DNA of 48,601 bases, taken from positions 1-48,601 of the forward strand of contig PCAW01000037.1 of the NCBI GenBank assembly GCA_002730775.1. Reading direction: 5' to 3'. Shown here piece by piece: positions 29,623 to 39,229 of the stretch; the stretch's first letter is position 1, and every line of letters starts with the position of its first letter. Under the pieces are notes generated by a model that did no database searches, was not told where the DNA came from, and saw only the letters and a program-made list of their open reading frames with translations. The DNA is from Methanobacteriota archaeon. Lineage in GTDB: Archaea; Thermoplasmatota; Poseidoniia; Poseidoniales; Thalassarchaeaceae. Made by a program: the position numbers and the translations under genes.

Positions 29623-29806
29623 CTCCATCCCCTATATTTCCAGTAGAAATATTATACAGTTGGAAATTTATTTCTGAACTCTTCAGAATGTTTATGTCTT
29701 TCCGATTTTATAGTATGATTGTATATCGAAATCGTTTTGATTTTTAGACAATCTTAATCGAAATCTAACTTATTTTAATTCCAGTGGAAATAAAGGGGTC
29801 GGGGGG
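29623..29806. other. Putative archaeal replication origin (oriC): inverted ORBs flanking an AT-rich unwinding element
   Basis: Plus-strand ORB AATTCCAGTGGAAATAAAGGGGTCGGGGGG (29777-29806); minus-strand ORB ATTTCTACTGGAAATATAGGGG (29650-29629); mini-ORB-like TACAGTTGGAAAT (29655-29667); core 29691-29776 about 23% GC; gene orientation flips here. Confidence 0.8.
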
Positions 29807-29839
29807 ATAAATTGAGAACCTACACCCCCTGATGCAAGC

Positions 29840-30043
29840 ATGGGAAGAGTACCGAATTCAACATTCGTTGTAGACAACGATCGTTGTTTCGGCTGCGCGG
29901 CTTGTGTATCCCTATGTCCAGTAAACGCCCTAGTTCTCGAAGATATATTAGCTATAGTGGACGAACCATCTTGTACTCATTGTAATTATTGTATTCCATT
30001 CTGTCCTGTACACGCTCTCTCTATCATAAAAGTTAGTGCCTAG
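29840..30043 (+). CDS. 2x[4Fe-4S] dicluster ferredoxin
   Basis: CFGCAACVSLCP and CTHCNYCIPFCP. Confidence 0.95.
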   Translation: MGRVPNSTFVVDNDRCFGCAACVSLCPVNALVLEDILAIVDEPSCTHCNYCIPFCPVHALSIIKVSA

Positions 30044-30052
30044 GTGTCTTGT

Positions 30053-30835
30053 ATGAAATTTGCAATTACCAAAACCATAGATTTAGAAAACGGCCAAATC
30101 ACATGGTCAATTAATCCTGAATTGCTTAGAATATATTCATATTTATTTTTCTGGTTGATTATATTCTGTGGCTGGTATTTTACAAAACATCATTCAGATG
30201 TAGATTTTCATGATAATATTTTAATCGATACATTTGGTTCAAATAGTATTTGCTTACTATTTGATCACCCACCGGCTAACTATATTCTTCCTTCATTATG
30301 GGCGTTAAACTATTTACTTTTATTTTCTTATTCACTATCTTGTTGGTTACGAGTTTACCACGAAAAAGCCCTAGAACACATAACATCTTCACGTTATAAT
30401 TTTTTTACAATTTGTACGTTAATTGAGATTCTTTCTTTCACAATTTTTAGTACAATATTCGCCATTACTCCTGAAGAAAGTGTAGCAATTCATACGCTCC
30501 CATTCACGTTTCTTATAATTGGGCTATCGATACTAAGTGGTAAAAATTACATCTACTACCAATTTGTAACAGAATTGACAGAGAAAGAGAAGTTTCAGTC
30601 AAAGGTAATTACTTCGATCCATATTTTTGTCAGTCTATTCAAGATCTTTTTTCAATTTTATGCTTTATTTCAACCAGAAATAATAGACAATCAAAATATA
30701 TTGTCTATAAATGAGATTTTTAGCGTTATTTGGATATTCACGGCGGCTATAATTCCTATTTACACATCTTGGAAGTTAAAGGATAGAGCAGGAGACCTTT
30801 CGTTTACTATATCTCCTCGTTTAACATCATTCTAA
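30053..30835 (+). CDS. Hypothetical multi-pass (~6 TM) membrane protein
   Basis: Alternating hydrophobic segments; motif-like N.IC..FD.PP and IHTLPF; very AT-rich DNA. Confidence 0.75.
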   Translation: MKFAITKTIDLENGQITWSINPELLRIYSYLFFWLIIFCGWYFTKHHSDVDFHDNILIDTFGSNSICLLFDHPPANYILPSLWALNYLLLFSYSLSCWLRVYHEKALEHITSSRYNFFTICTLIEILSFTIFSTIFAITPEESVAIHTLPFTFLIIGLSILSGKNYIYYQFVTELTEKEKFQSKVITSIHIFVSLFKIFFQFYALFQPEIIDNQNILSINEIFSVIWIFTAAIIPIYTSWKLKDRAGDLSFTISPRLTSF

Positions 30836-30859
30836 TAATAAGGCGTTCTCACAGAGTAT

Positions 30860-32050
30860 ATGGAAATCAGTGAGATAATTTCACAGTCTAAAGAAATCCA
30901 CCAATGGATAGTAGAGAAAAGAAGAACTATCCACCGTCACCCCGAGCTAATGTATGAAGAATTTAAAACCAGTAAATTAATTCAAGAAACTTTGAAGAAT
31001 CTACAAATTCCGTATCAAAAAGATATCGCTATTACAGGCGTTGTAGGAGTTATTGGGAGCGGTGAGGAACCTTGTATCGCTTTGAGAGCTGACATGGATG
31101 CACTACCTATACACGAAGAAACAGACGTTGATTTCAAGAGCCAGATAGATGGTAAAATGCATGCATGCGGTCACGACTGCCATACAGCCATGCTTCTTGG
31201 AGCAGCCAGAATTTTAAAACAAAATGAAGACAAATTAGAAGGAACAGTCAAATTGATTTTTCAACCTGCAGAAGAAGGAGGAGCGGGAGGAAAAATGATG
31301 AGAGAGCAAGGAGTTTTAGAAAATCCCAAAGTAAGGAAAATTTTTGCTTTGCACGTAGCCGGAACAATGCCAATGGGAACCCTCGCATCTAAGGAAGGAA
31401 CATTATTGGCAGCAACATCATCAATAAAAATTCTAGTCAAGGGTAACGGAGGACACGCGGCAGCCCCTCATCATACAATAGATCCTGTAGTTACGGGATC
31501 GAAGATAGTAGTAGAACTGCAGACATTGATTTCTCGTGAATTGAGCCCCTTAGAATCCGGCGTAATAAGCATAACAATGGCAAATGCAGGCAGTGCGACA
31601 AATGTCATACCTTCAACTATGGAATTACAAGGGACCATAAGGTCACTAACTAGCGAAGGAATATCGAAATTACAAAACAGAGTCAAAGAGGTTGCAGAGT
31701 CAATAGCCATAGCAAATCGCTGTGAAGCAGAAGTTTCATTTCCAGGAAACGACTACCCTCCAACAGTGAATGATGCTGCTTGCTGGAAGATAGGAAAAGC
31801 TGCAGCAAAAGACATATTAGGCCAAGAAAAAGTTTCTGAAATGGATTCAATAATGGGGGGAGAAGACTTCGCATATTATACAGAAGAGATTCCAGGGTGC
31901 TTCTCTTTCCTTGGTGTAGGAAACCCAGATATAGACGCTGACTATGATGTACACCACCCTATGTTCAAAGTAGATGAAGAAGCACTGTCTCTAGGTACCG
32001 CCGTACACGTCAATACAGCAATCAAAGCATTAGAAAATTTAACGATATAA
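30860..32050 (+). CDS. M20D amidohydrolase (hippuricase/IAA-amino acid hydrolase-like)
   Basis: LRADMDALP, MHACGHD.H, FQPAEEG, GGHAA.PH, GGEDFAYY, HHP.F..DE. Confidence 0.95.
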   Translation: MEISEIISQSKEIHQWIVEKRRTIHRHPELMYEEFKTSKLIQETLKNLQIPYQKDIAITGVVGVIGSGEEPCIALRADMDALPIHEETDVDFKSQIDGKMHACGHDCHTAMLLGAARILKQNEDKLEGTVKLIFQPAEEGGAGGKMMREQGVLENPKVRKIFALHVAGTMPMGTLASKEGTLLAATSSIKILVKGNGGHAAAPHHTIDPVVTGSKIVVELQTLISRELSPLESGVISITMANAGSATNVIPSTMELQGTIRSLTSEGISKLQNRVKEVAESIAIANRCEAEVSFPGNDYPPTVNDAACWKIGKAAAKDILGQEKVSEMDSIMGGEDFAYYTEEIPGCFSFLGVGNPDIDADYDVHHPMFKVDEEALSLGTAVHVNTAIKALENLTI

Positions 32051-32070
32051 TATTACAAAGAGAAGATAGT

Positions 32071-32685
32071 ATGAAAATCGCAATAATCGGTTCCGGAATA
32101 GAAGTTTTTACATGCGGGCATAGATTATTGGATAAAAATTCTAATTTAGAGATTCATATTTTTGATGAAAAAGCCGAGTCCGGAATGTATGGTGAAGAAC
32201 CGGGGTTATTCACCGAATGGCCACTAACTCCAATTAATTGGCTAGGAAGTCTATTTAGCCAATATCCCAATGAAAATTCAACCGCAATACGATACTCTTG
32301 GTTTGTCAAGGCTCTTTCGATATCTCTTGCTGAGAGAGGTGTAAATTTACATTTAAAATCCGTAGTTAAAAATATAGATAGTGGAATAATCGATTTCTCC
32401 GGCGCCGGTTATCTGGCGACAGGTAAAATGAAATTTGATGATATTATCGACTTTAGAGACAATGATTCCAATGAAGTTTGGTACGGAGGAGTAACGACTT
32501 CAAAAACAGATATTGAAATTTTTGGAATTAGGGCTGATCAGACAATAGAAGTTTGGAGCAAAAAGGAAAAAATCGAAGGAAATTTCATACAAAAAATGGA
32601 ATGGAGAGGAATTGACCCACAATGTGCCTTAATTGACAGGATCAATAAGGGTATTGATGCCGCAGAATCGACCATATCGGAATAA
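32071..32685 (+). CDS. Hypothetical protein with a degenerate N-terminal Rossmann (FAD/NAD-binding) motif
   Basis: MKIAIIGSGIEV...IHIFDEK. Confidence 0.7.
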   Translation: MKIAIIGSGIEVFTCGHRLLDKNSNLEIHIFDEKAESGMYGEEPGLFTEWPLTPINWLGSLFSQYPNENSTAIRYSWFVKALSISLAERGVNLHLKSVVKNIDSGIIDFSGAGYLATGKMKFDDIIDFRDNDSNEVWYGGVTTSKTDIEIFGIRADQTIEVWSKKEKIEGNFIQKMEWRGIDPQCALIDRINKGIDAAESTISE

Positions 32686-32728
32686 TTCTTTGTAAAATAT
32701 TAGATGCCTAATGTATCTAGGAGCTAAT

Positions 32729-33541
32729 ATGGGCGCCGTAGAGAGCCAGGTATTGGAACATGTTTGTGACAAAACAAAAAGTTCAAGACATGCTATTCTG
32801 ATAGATCCAGCCGACCAAACTCCAGATATTGCTGCTAAAAGAGCGGTTGCTGCGGTTGCTGCGGGCAGTAAAATGATACTTGTGGGGGGCTCGAGTGATA
32901 CTGATATGGATAATGTGAATGACACCGTAGTTGCCATTCAAGAGGCATTAGAACTAGTAACTTGGGCATCATCTCAAGACTCAGGCTTAGAAGAAAAAAA
33001 CTGGAAGGTGCCGGTTGTATTATTTCCCCAAGGTGCTGCTGCACTTTCACCATCTGCCGACGCTATTACTTTCATGATGTTAATGAATAGTAAATCTCCA
33101 AGATATTTGATAGAAGAACAAGTCGCAGGATCACTATTTATCAAAAAAGCAGGAATTTCGCCTTTGCCGATGGGCTACATCATTTGTGAACCAGGGGGCA
33201 AAGCTGGAGAAGTTGGACAGGCGGATTTAATCCTCTCCAATCAGACAGAAAGAATTTCTGCATATGCGACAACAGCAGAATATTATGGATTTAAAATTAT
33301 ATATTTAGAAGCTGGAAGTGGCGCCCAAACACCAGTATCTCCCGAACTAATCAAAGCAGCGAGAGAGTCTTGTAATCTGACCATTGTTGTTGGAGGAGGA
33401 ATCAGGGACGGAGAAACGGCAAAAATAGCATCTGATGCGGGAGCGGATTGGATAATAACTGGAAATTTGACAGAATCTTTTGATGATGCGAACGCCCTAC
33501 AGAATGTATTGACAGGATTCATATCAAAAATGAATGACTAG
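32729..33541 (+). CDS. Geranylgeranylglyceryl phosphate synthase (group II, PcrB family)
   Basis: H..LIDP, LVGGSS, PVVLFP, ADA..FM.LMNS, YLEAGSGA, VGGGIR, ITGN. Confidence 0.94.
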   Translation: MGAVESQVLEHVCDKTKSSRHAILIDPADQTPDIAAKRAVAAVAAGSKMILVGGSSDTDMDNVNDTVVAIQEALELVTWASSQDSGLEEKNWKVPVVLFPQGAAALSPSADAITFMMLMNSKSPRYLIEEQVAGSLFIKKAGISPLPMGYIICEPGGKAGEVGQADLILSNQTERISAYATTAEYYGFKIIYLEAGSGAQTPVSPELIKAARESCNLTIVVGGGIRDGETAKIASDAGADWIITGNLTESFDDANALQNVLTGFISKMND

Positions 33542-33999
33542 CTATCCTTTATCGTAGCGATTAATCGATCTATTTGAGTTTCCATATCTAGAATTAGAAT
33601 CATTTGTTCTTCTTCTACTTTGAGCAATCTAGCGTTTTCATCTTGCAGCTCTTTCGCACGACTCTCTGAAACACCCCCTCCATCTATTCTCCGAATCTTT
33701 TCATTTTCTAATTTGTTCTCTAATTGATTATATCGAATTTTCATCACACGCAGCTGCTCTTCAAGATCGGAAACAGAAACCGTTCCCTCATGCTCCAAAT
33801 CCAGAGCTGCTAATTCTAATTCCAGCGCCCTTGCTCGCTGTCTCGAAATCACCAACTCCTGCTCCATTTTCATAGCCTCATCCCAAACAGAAATTACTTC
33901 TTGAACTAGTTTTTCATGAGATATTTTAGCCAACCGCCCTTCCAATGTACCTCCATCTTTTTCTGAGGAAGAATCGATAGTTGAAGGAGTACTCATCAA
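33538..33999 (-). CDS. Hypothetical coiled-coil protein
   Basis: E/L/Q-rich heptad pattern throughout; fills the intergenic gap. Confidence 0.75.
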   Translation of the reverse strand: MMSTPSTIDSSSEKDGGTLEGRLAKISHEKLVQEVISVWDEAMKMEQELVISRQRARALELELAALDLEHEGTVSVSDLEEQLRVMKIRYNQLENKLENEKIRRIDGGGVSESRAKELQDENARLLKVEEEQMILILDMETQIDRLIATIKDS

Positions 34000-34131
34000 T
34001 AATCAATAAACATCGCAACTAACATGTTCTTGAACCTTGAGTAATACTAACGGATTATCAGTCGAAATTTGAATATTTTCTGCATCGCCGTTTTCGTGGC
34101 TTTTATATCAAAGTCGAAGTTCGGCTGTAAT

Positions 34132-34359
34132 ATGCAAGCATACCGGATAGACGGGGTAGTTCGCCAAGGAAAGACAAACCAAGATTTCTGTATAGACTTA
34201 GTCGCAGAAAATGAAGACCAAGTTAGAGAAAAGATATACTCACACTTTGGCAGTCGTCATGGGGCTAAAAGAAGATATATAACAATTAACTCAATTAATA
34301 CTATTGAACCATCGGAATCTTCCGCTCCGGTCGTTGTATCTCATTTTCGCGACAAATAA
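34132..34359 (+). CDS. rpl18a: 50S ribosomal protein LX (L18Ae/eL20)
   Basis: M.AYRI.G, A.NE....EK.YS.FGSRH..KR..I.I..I. Confidence 0.92.
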   Translation: MQAYRIDGVVRQGKTNQDFCIDLVAENEDQVREKIYSHFGSRHGAKRRYITINSINTIEPSESSAPVVVSHFRDK

Positions 34360-34407
34360 TCGACTTTAACACGTAACGGTGAAATCAGATAGTCTCTAGG
34401 AAGGGTC

Positions 34408-34962
34408 GTGTTGAAGAAAACATTCATGCGTCAATATTGGCGTATTCAGCAAAGTCAAACCCTAGTCTCTATGGGTTTTTGGATTACAACTCTAACTTTG
34501 TTGATGTGGCCATATGTCAGTTGGAGATTCAAATCTGACAATGAACTGCTAGCGATACCTATGACATATTGGGGGCTTGGTGGAATCGCATTATCCGTAT
34601 TACTAGTAGTATTAATAATTGGTTGGGTATATGACGTATTTCTTGGGCTGTGGAGAGAGCACCTAACAGTTGTACAGGAAAGAAACCCGTTCACTACGTA
34701 CAAAGTAAACGCCCCTTTCGGTATGTTGCTGGCTCAAACAAATACTATTTTACGAAAATTATCAGAAGATGATGAAGACATTAACCGTCACTGCGATTTC
34801 GTTGATAGATGGTTAGAATGGAACTCAGAACAAGAAATATGGGCGAGAACAATGTCGTCTTGGAAAGAAATAGTTGGGGATGAAGACCCATATCTATCCC
34901 ATCTTTCACCTGAATCGAGAGAAAAATTAGAAGCTGCCGCTAAAGAGATGCAAGATTTCTGA
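34408..34962 (+). CDS. Hypothetical two-TM membrane protein
   Basis: Two TM helices, then G..YD...LWRE......ERNPF. Confidence 0.8.
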   Translation: MLKKTFMRQYWRIQQSQTLVSMGFWITTLTLLMWPYVSWRFKSDNELLAIPMTYWGLGGIALSVLLVVLIIGWVYDVFLGLWREHLTVVQERNPFTTYKVNAPFGMLLAQTNTILRKLSEDDEDINRHCDFVDRWLEWNSEQEIWARTMSSWKEIVGDEDPYLSHLSPESREKLEAAAKEMQDF

Positions 34963-34978
34963 TTCGGAGGAGAAAACT

Positions 34979-35770
34979 TTGAATTTTGAGAAAATAGTCG
35001 AAATCGCTGAGTTAGCAGGCGATGTTATACTTGAAATTTACAATAAATCTGGCAATATTAAGATTCAGCACAAGGGAGACAACTCTCCTTTGACAGAAGC
35101 AGATTTAGCCGCGCACAATATTATCGTAGAAGAATTAAAGAAAATTGACGATACCCCTATTGTATCGGAGGAAGGAAATGAGGGGGATCCATTTTCTTCC
35201 GACACTTGCTGGTTGGTAGATCCATTAGATGGAACAAAAGAATTTATCAAAAGAAATGGGATGTTTACGGTAAATATAGCATTGATGTCTCGGAAAAAAA
35301 ATCGATGGACGCCACTTTTCGGCGTGGTACACGCCCCTGTTACCAAAACCACATGGTTTGGAGGTGTAATATCTCCTTCAGAACGGAGAGGTCCAGACGG
35401 TACTGGTTTGATGATGGTAAATCCATCATCTCCTCCACTTCCTGTACGCTTAGTAGCTAGTGGTACCCATAGAGGCGAGAAAGACGAACTATTTGCTCAG
35501 AAATTAGGGAATTATGACCTTGTAAGAATGGGCTCTTCTTTGAAAGCATGCATAGTGGCAGAAGGCTCTGCTGATTTGTATCCAAGATTCGGACCAACAT
35601 CATGTTGGGATATCGCCGCAGCTCACGCAGTAGTTTCTGGGGCGGGAGGCATTGTAGTAGGACCATATGGGAAAAACTTAGATTATGATTTAGTAGAAAA
35701 TGTCTTAAATCCGTATTTCCTAGTCGCAGCGGATAATCGCTGGACAGAAGATTGGGTCGAATTACAGTAG
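34979..35770 (+). CDS. cysQ: 3'(2'),5'-bisphosphate nucleotidase CysQ
   Basis: K.D.SPLTEADLAAH, VSEE, WLVDPLDGTKEFI..NG.FTVNIAL, GSSLK, YPRFGPT..WD.AA; TTG start after SD GGAGG. Confidence 0.95.
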   Translation: MNFEKIVEIAELAGDVILEIYNKSGNIKIQHKGDNSPLTEADLAAHNIIVEELKKIDDTPIVSEEGNEGDPFSSDTCWLVDPLDGTKEFIKRNGMFTVNIALMSRKKNRWTPLFGVVHAPVTKTTWFGGVISPSERRGPDGTGLMMVNPSSPPLPVRLVASGTHRGEKDELFAQKLGNYDLVRMGSSLKACIVAEGSADLYPRFGPTSCWDIAAAHAVVSGAGGIVVGPYGKNLDYDLVENVLNPYFLVAADNRWTEDWVELQ

Positions 35771-35856
35771 ATTAAATTATTTTATATGTTTTATTTACAT
35801 AATCCAAACAGACCAAACCCCGTCGATGTGAAATAGCCCTTGTCTTACGCAAACAC

Positions 35857-36750
35857 ATGTCTCATCTCGACGCTTTGGAGGCAGAAGCCATCCATATTAT
35901 GAGAGAGGTGGTTGCTGAAGCGGAAAATCCCGTTATGTTATATTCAATTGGCAAAGACTCTTCAGTAATGCTTCATTTGGCTAGAAAGGCATTTTATCCG
36001 GGAAAAATTCCATTTCCATTAATGCATATTGATACTATGTGGAAGTTTTCAGAAATGATAGATTTCAGGGACAAAACTGCCAAAGATTTGGGTGTTGACC
36101 TGATTGTACACATTAATCCCGAAGGGAAAGAGATGGGAATGAACCCATTCATTCACGGCTCATCCAAACATACCGATGTAATGAAAACAGACGGATTAAA
36201 GCAAGCACTAGACAAGTATCAGTTTGATGTTGCATTTGGTGGTGCCAGGAGAGATGAGGAAAAATCTAGAGCCAAGGAAAGAATTTTTTCGTTTCGAACA
36301 TCGAAACATCGATGGGACCCTAAAAATCAGAGACCCGAACTCTGGAATCTGTATAATTCACGTAAAAACAAAGGTGAATCAATAAGAGTATTCCCACTTT
36401 CAAATTGGACAGAATTGGACATTTGGCAATATATTCACTTAGAAAAAATTCCAATAGTGCCTCTTTACTTTTCTAAAGAAAGACCCGTAGTAGATAGAGA
36501 TGGGACTTTGATATTAGTGGACGACGAAAGGCTCCCTCTCGAAAAAGGCGAACAACCTATGCTGAAAAGTGTCAGATTCCGAACATTGGGTTGTTACCCC
36601 CTAACTGGGGCAGTAGAATCTGAGGCGGACACCCTTCCCGATATAATTCAAGAAATGCTCCTCACTACAACATCAGAAAGACAGGGCAGAACAATCGATC
36701 ATGACTCCAATGCTTCTATGGAGAAGAAGAAACAAGAGGGGTATTTCTAA
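35857..36750 (+). CDS. cysD: Sulfate adenylyltransferase subunit 2
   Basis: [64 protein letters not shown]. Confidence 0.98.
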   Translation: MSHLDALEAEAIHIMREVVAEAENPVMLYSIGKDSSVMLHLARKAFYPGKIPFPLMHIDTMWKFSEMIDFRDKTAKDLGVDLIVHINPEGKEMGMNPFIHGSSKHTDVMKTDGLKQALDKYQFDVAFGGARRDEEKSRAKERIFSFRTSKHRWDPKNQRPELWNLYNSRKNKGESIRVFPLSNWTELDIWQYIHLEKIPIVPLYFSKERPVVDRDGTLILVDDERLPLEKGEQPMLKSVRFRTLGCYPLTGAVESEADTLPDIIQEMLLTTTSERQGRTIDHDSNASMEKKKQEGYF

Positions 36751-38639
36751 TGGCCCATATTAGCGAATTAATTTCCACTGATATCGAGTCATATCTTAAA
36801 TCGCATGAAGAAAAAAGCCTACTCCGATTCATTACCTGTGGTTCTGTTGACGATGGAAAATCAACATTAATCGGACGTATGTTATTTGAGTCTCAGATGC
36901 TTTTTGATGATCAATTATCCGCACTAAAAAACGATTCGAAAAAAATAGGCACTCAAGGAAATGAAATTGATTTCGCATTATTAGTAGACGGGTTGGCCGC
37001 AGAGAGAGAGCAGGGGATTACAATTGATGTCGCATACAGATTCTTTTCTACAGATAAAAGAAAATATATCGTAGCAGATACACCAGGCCATGAAGAATAC
37101 ACTCGAAACATGGCAACGGGGGCATCCACCGCCGATGTCGCTATTATCCTAATTGATGCTGGGCAAGGAGTTCTTACTCAAACAAGAAGGCATTCATTTA
37201 TTGTTTCAATGGTTGGTGTAAAAAAGGTCTTATTAGCGGTCAATAAATTAGATTTAGTCGACTATTCAGAAGAAGTTTTCAGGCGAATAGTCTCTGATTA
37301 TTCCGACTTTGCAGAAAGCGCACTCGACATTGATTCAATCACAGCAATTCCAATTTCTGCACTGCTGGGAGACAATGTTGTAGAAAGAAGCGTGAAAACA
37401 CCTTGGTACGCTGGAGAAACTATCATGCAATATCTCGAAAATATCGAAGTTCGAAATCAGAGAAAACAGGATTCTTTCAGGATGCCAGTACAGTGGGTGA
37501 ACCGTCCGAATTCAAATTTTAGAGGTTTTTCCGGTTTAATAGCTAGCGGCGAAACGAAAATAGGTGACAAAGTCCGATTGCACCCCGGAGGTAAAGAGTC
37601 GTCTATAGCAAGTATTGTTACTTGGGAAGGTGAATTGCAACAAGCATCCGTCGGGCAATCGGTTACGATAACATTGAAAGACAAAATCGATGTTTCGAGA
37701 GGAGACACCATTGCAGTATCTACAGACCCCTGTGGAGAATCAGATCAGTTCCAATCTCGTATTTTATGGATGAGCGATAATCCTATGATTCCGGGTAGGC
37801 AGTATATTTTCAAATCAAATACGCAGACAACGACGCTAACTCTTGGGAAATTAAAACATAGAATAGATGTGAACACTCTTAATCACCTACCGGCTAAAAC
37901 TTTAGAATTGAATGAAATTGGTGTCTGTAATATTTCATTAGACAAGAGAATAGCATTTGATCCCTATGACGATAACCGAACTATGGGGGGATTCATTGTA
38001 ATAGATAGACTATCGAATAATACTGTTGGAATGGGGCTTATCGATTTCGCACTTCGCCGTTCGGAGAATATTCATTGGCAAAAAATGGATGTGTCCAAAG
38101 AGTCAAGAGCCAAACAAAAATCACAAGCCGCCCAAATAATATGGTTTACTGGCTTATCTGGTTCTGGAAAATCTTCTATTGCAAATATTCTAGAGAAGAA
38201 ATTACAAGCATTAGGAAAACACACAATCACTCTCGATGGCGATAATATGAGGCACGGACTTAACAGAGATTTAGGTTTCACCACCGCCGACCGAGTTGAA
38301 AATATCAGGAGAGTAGGAGAAGTTGCAAAGTTAATGGTAAATAGTGGGCTAATTTGCATCACATCATTCATTTCTCCTTTTGAATCAGAAAGGAAAATGG
38401 CACGTTCATTAGTCTCAGAGAATGAATTTATTGAAGTGTACATCGACACTCCATTATCGGTATGTGAAGAAAGAGACGTAAAAGGTTTGTACGCAAAGGC
38501 ACGTTCTGGAGAAATCCCTAACTTCACAGGAATATCTAGTCCCTATGAATCTCCAGAAAAACCCGAAATTAGAATCGACACCACCAAACTATCCGCCGAA
38601 GAAGCAGCTAACCAAATTATTGAATTTATTTTAGAATAA
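36750..38639 (+). CDS. cysNC: Bifunctional sulfate adenylyltransferase subunit 1 / adenylylsulfate kinase (CysN-CysC, NodQ-like)
   Basis: CGSVDDGKSTLIG, EREQGITID, DTPGH, NKLD; C-terminal APS kinase GLSGSGKS, LDGDN.RHGL, RDVKGLY; TAATG coupling to cysD. Confidence 0.97.
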   Translation: MAHISELISTDIESYLKSHEEKSLLRFITCGSVDDGKSTLIGRMLFESQMLFDDQLSALKNDSKKIGTQGNEIDFALLVDGLAAEREQGITIDVAYRFFSTDKRKYIVADTPGHEEYTRNMATGASTADVAIILIDAGQGVLTQTRRHSFIVSMVGVKKVLLAVNKLDLVDYSEEVFRRIVSDYSDFAESALDIDSITAIPISALLGDNVVERSVKTPWYAGETIMQYLENIEVRNQRKQDSFRMPVQWVNRPNSNFRGFSGLIASGETKIGDKVRLHPGGKESSIASIVTWEGELQQASVGQSVTITLKDKIDVSRGDTIAVSTDPCGESDQFQSRILWMSDNPMIPGRQYIFKSNTQTTTLTLGKLKHRIDVNTLNHLPAKTLELNEIGVCNISLDKRIAFDPYDDNRTMGGFIVIDRLSNNTVGMGLIDFALRRSENIHWQKMDVSKESRAKQKSQAAQIIWFTGLSGSGKSSIANILEKKLQALGKHTITLDGDNMRHGLNRDLGFTTADRVENIRRVGEVAKLMVNSGLICITSFISPFESERKMARSLVSENEFIEVYIDTPLSVCEERDVKGLYAKARSGEIPNFTGISSPYESPEKPEIRIDTTKLSAEEAANQIIEFILE

Positions 38640-38690
38640 TCTAATTGCTTCTGCGACGCATTCTTGACAGACGACAACTTCCGCAGTTCA

Positions 38691-39221
38691 ATGAGTGGAG
38701 TAGATAAGGCCGAATTGCAGCGTATCGCGCAACAAGTCGAACTTAACCGTCAAAGGATGGAATCAATAGAGCAACAGATGTCTCGCTTAGAACAAATCAG
38801 GCTGGAACAACTCCAAACTATCGAAACATTGTCAGCAATTCCGGACGATGGAGCCAAAGGGGCGATGATCCCTTTGGGTTCTGGTGTTCAAATTGTCGCA
38901 GATATTCCTCCAAAGACAGGGGCTGTAATTGATATTGGAAGTAGAGTACAAGCGGAAAAACCTCTCGAAGAAGCAATCGAAATTTTAACTACAAGAACAG
39001 AAGAAATTCTTGATATAATGAATAAAATGAAAATCGAGTTCGCATCTATTGAAGAAACTACAATTTCATTGGCCAACGTTTTCAACGAACAGATAGCCAC
39101 ATTGCAACCAGAAACTACTCAGGAAATACCAGAAAAAAACAACGAACTGAAAGCAACTACACCGAATAAAGAACCACGTAAAAAGAGGAAGCGCGGTACA
39201 GAATTAACTCTTGATGATTGA
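38691..39221 (+). CDS. pfdA: Prefoldin subunit alpha
   Basis: Coiled coil - MIPLGSG...VIDIGS...EK - coiled coil; lies directly before ftsY. Confidence 0.9.
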   Translation: MSGVDKAELQRIAQQVELNRQRMESIEQQMSRLEQIRLEQLQTIETLSAIPDDGAKGAMIPLGSGVQIVADIPPKTGAVIDIGSRVQAEKPLEEAIEILTTRTEEILDIMNKMKIEFASIEETTISLANVFNEQIATLQPETTQEIPEKNNELKATTPNKEPRKKRKRGTELTLDD

Positions 39222-39229
39222 GTGATAAT

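Noticed and set aside
29629..29798. MITE with terminal inverted repeats
   Set aside because: No target-site duplication or transposase; the repeats match the ORB consensus much better
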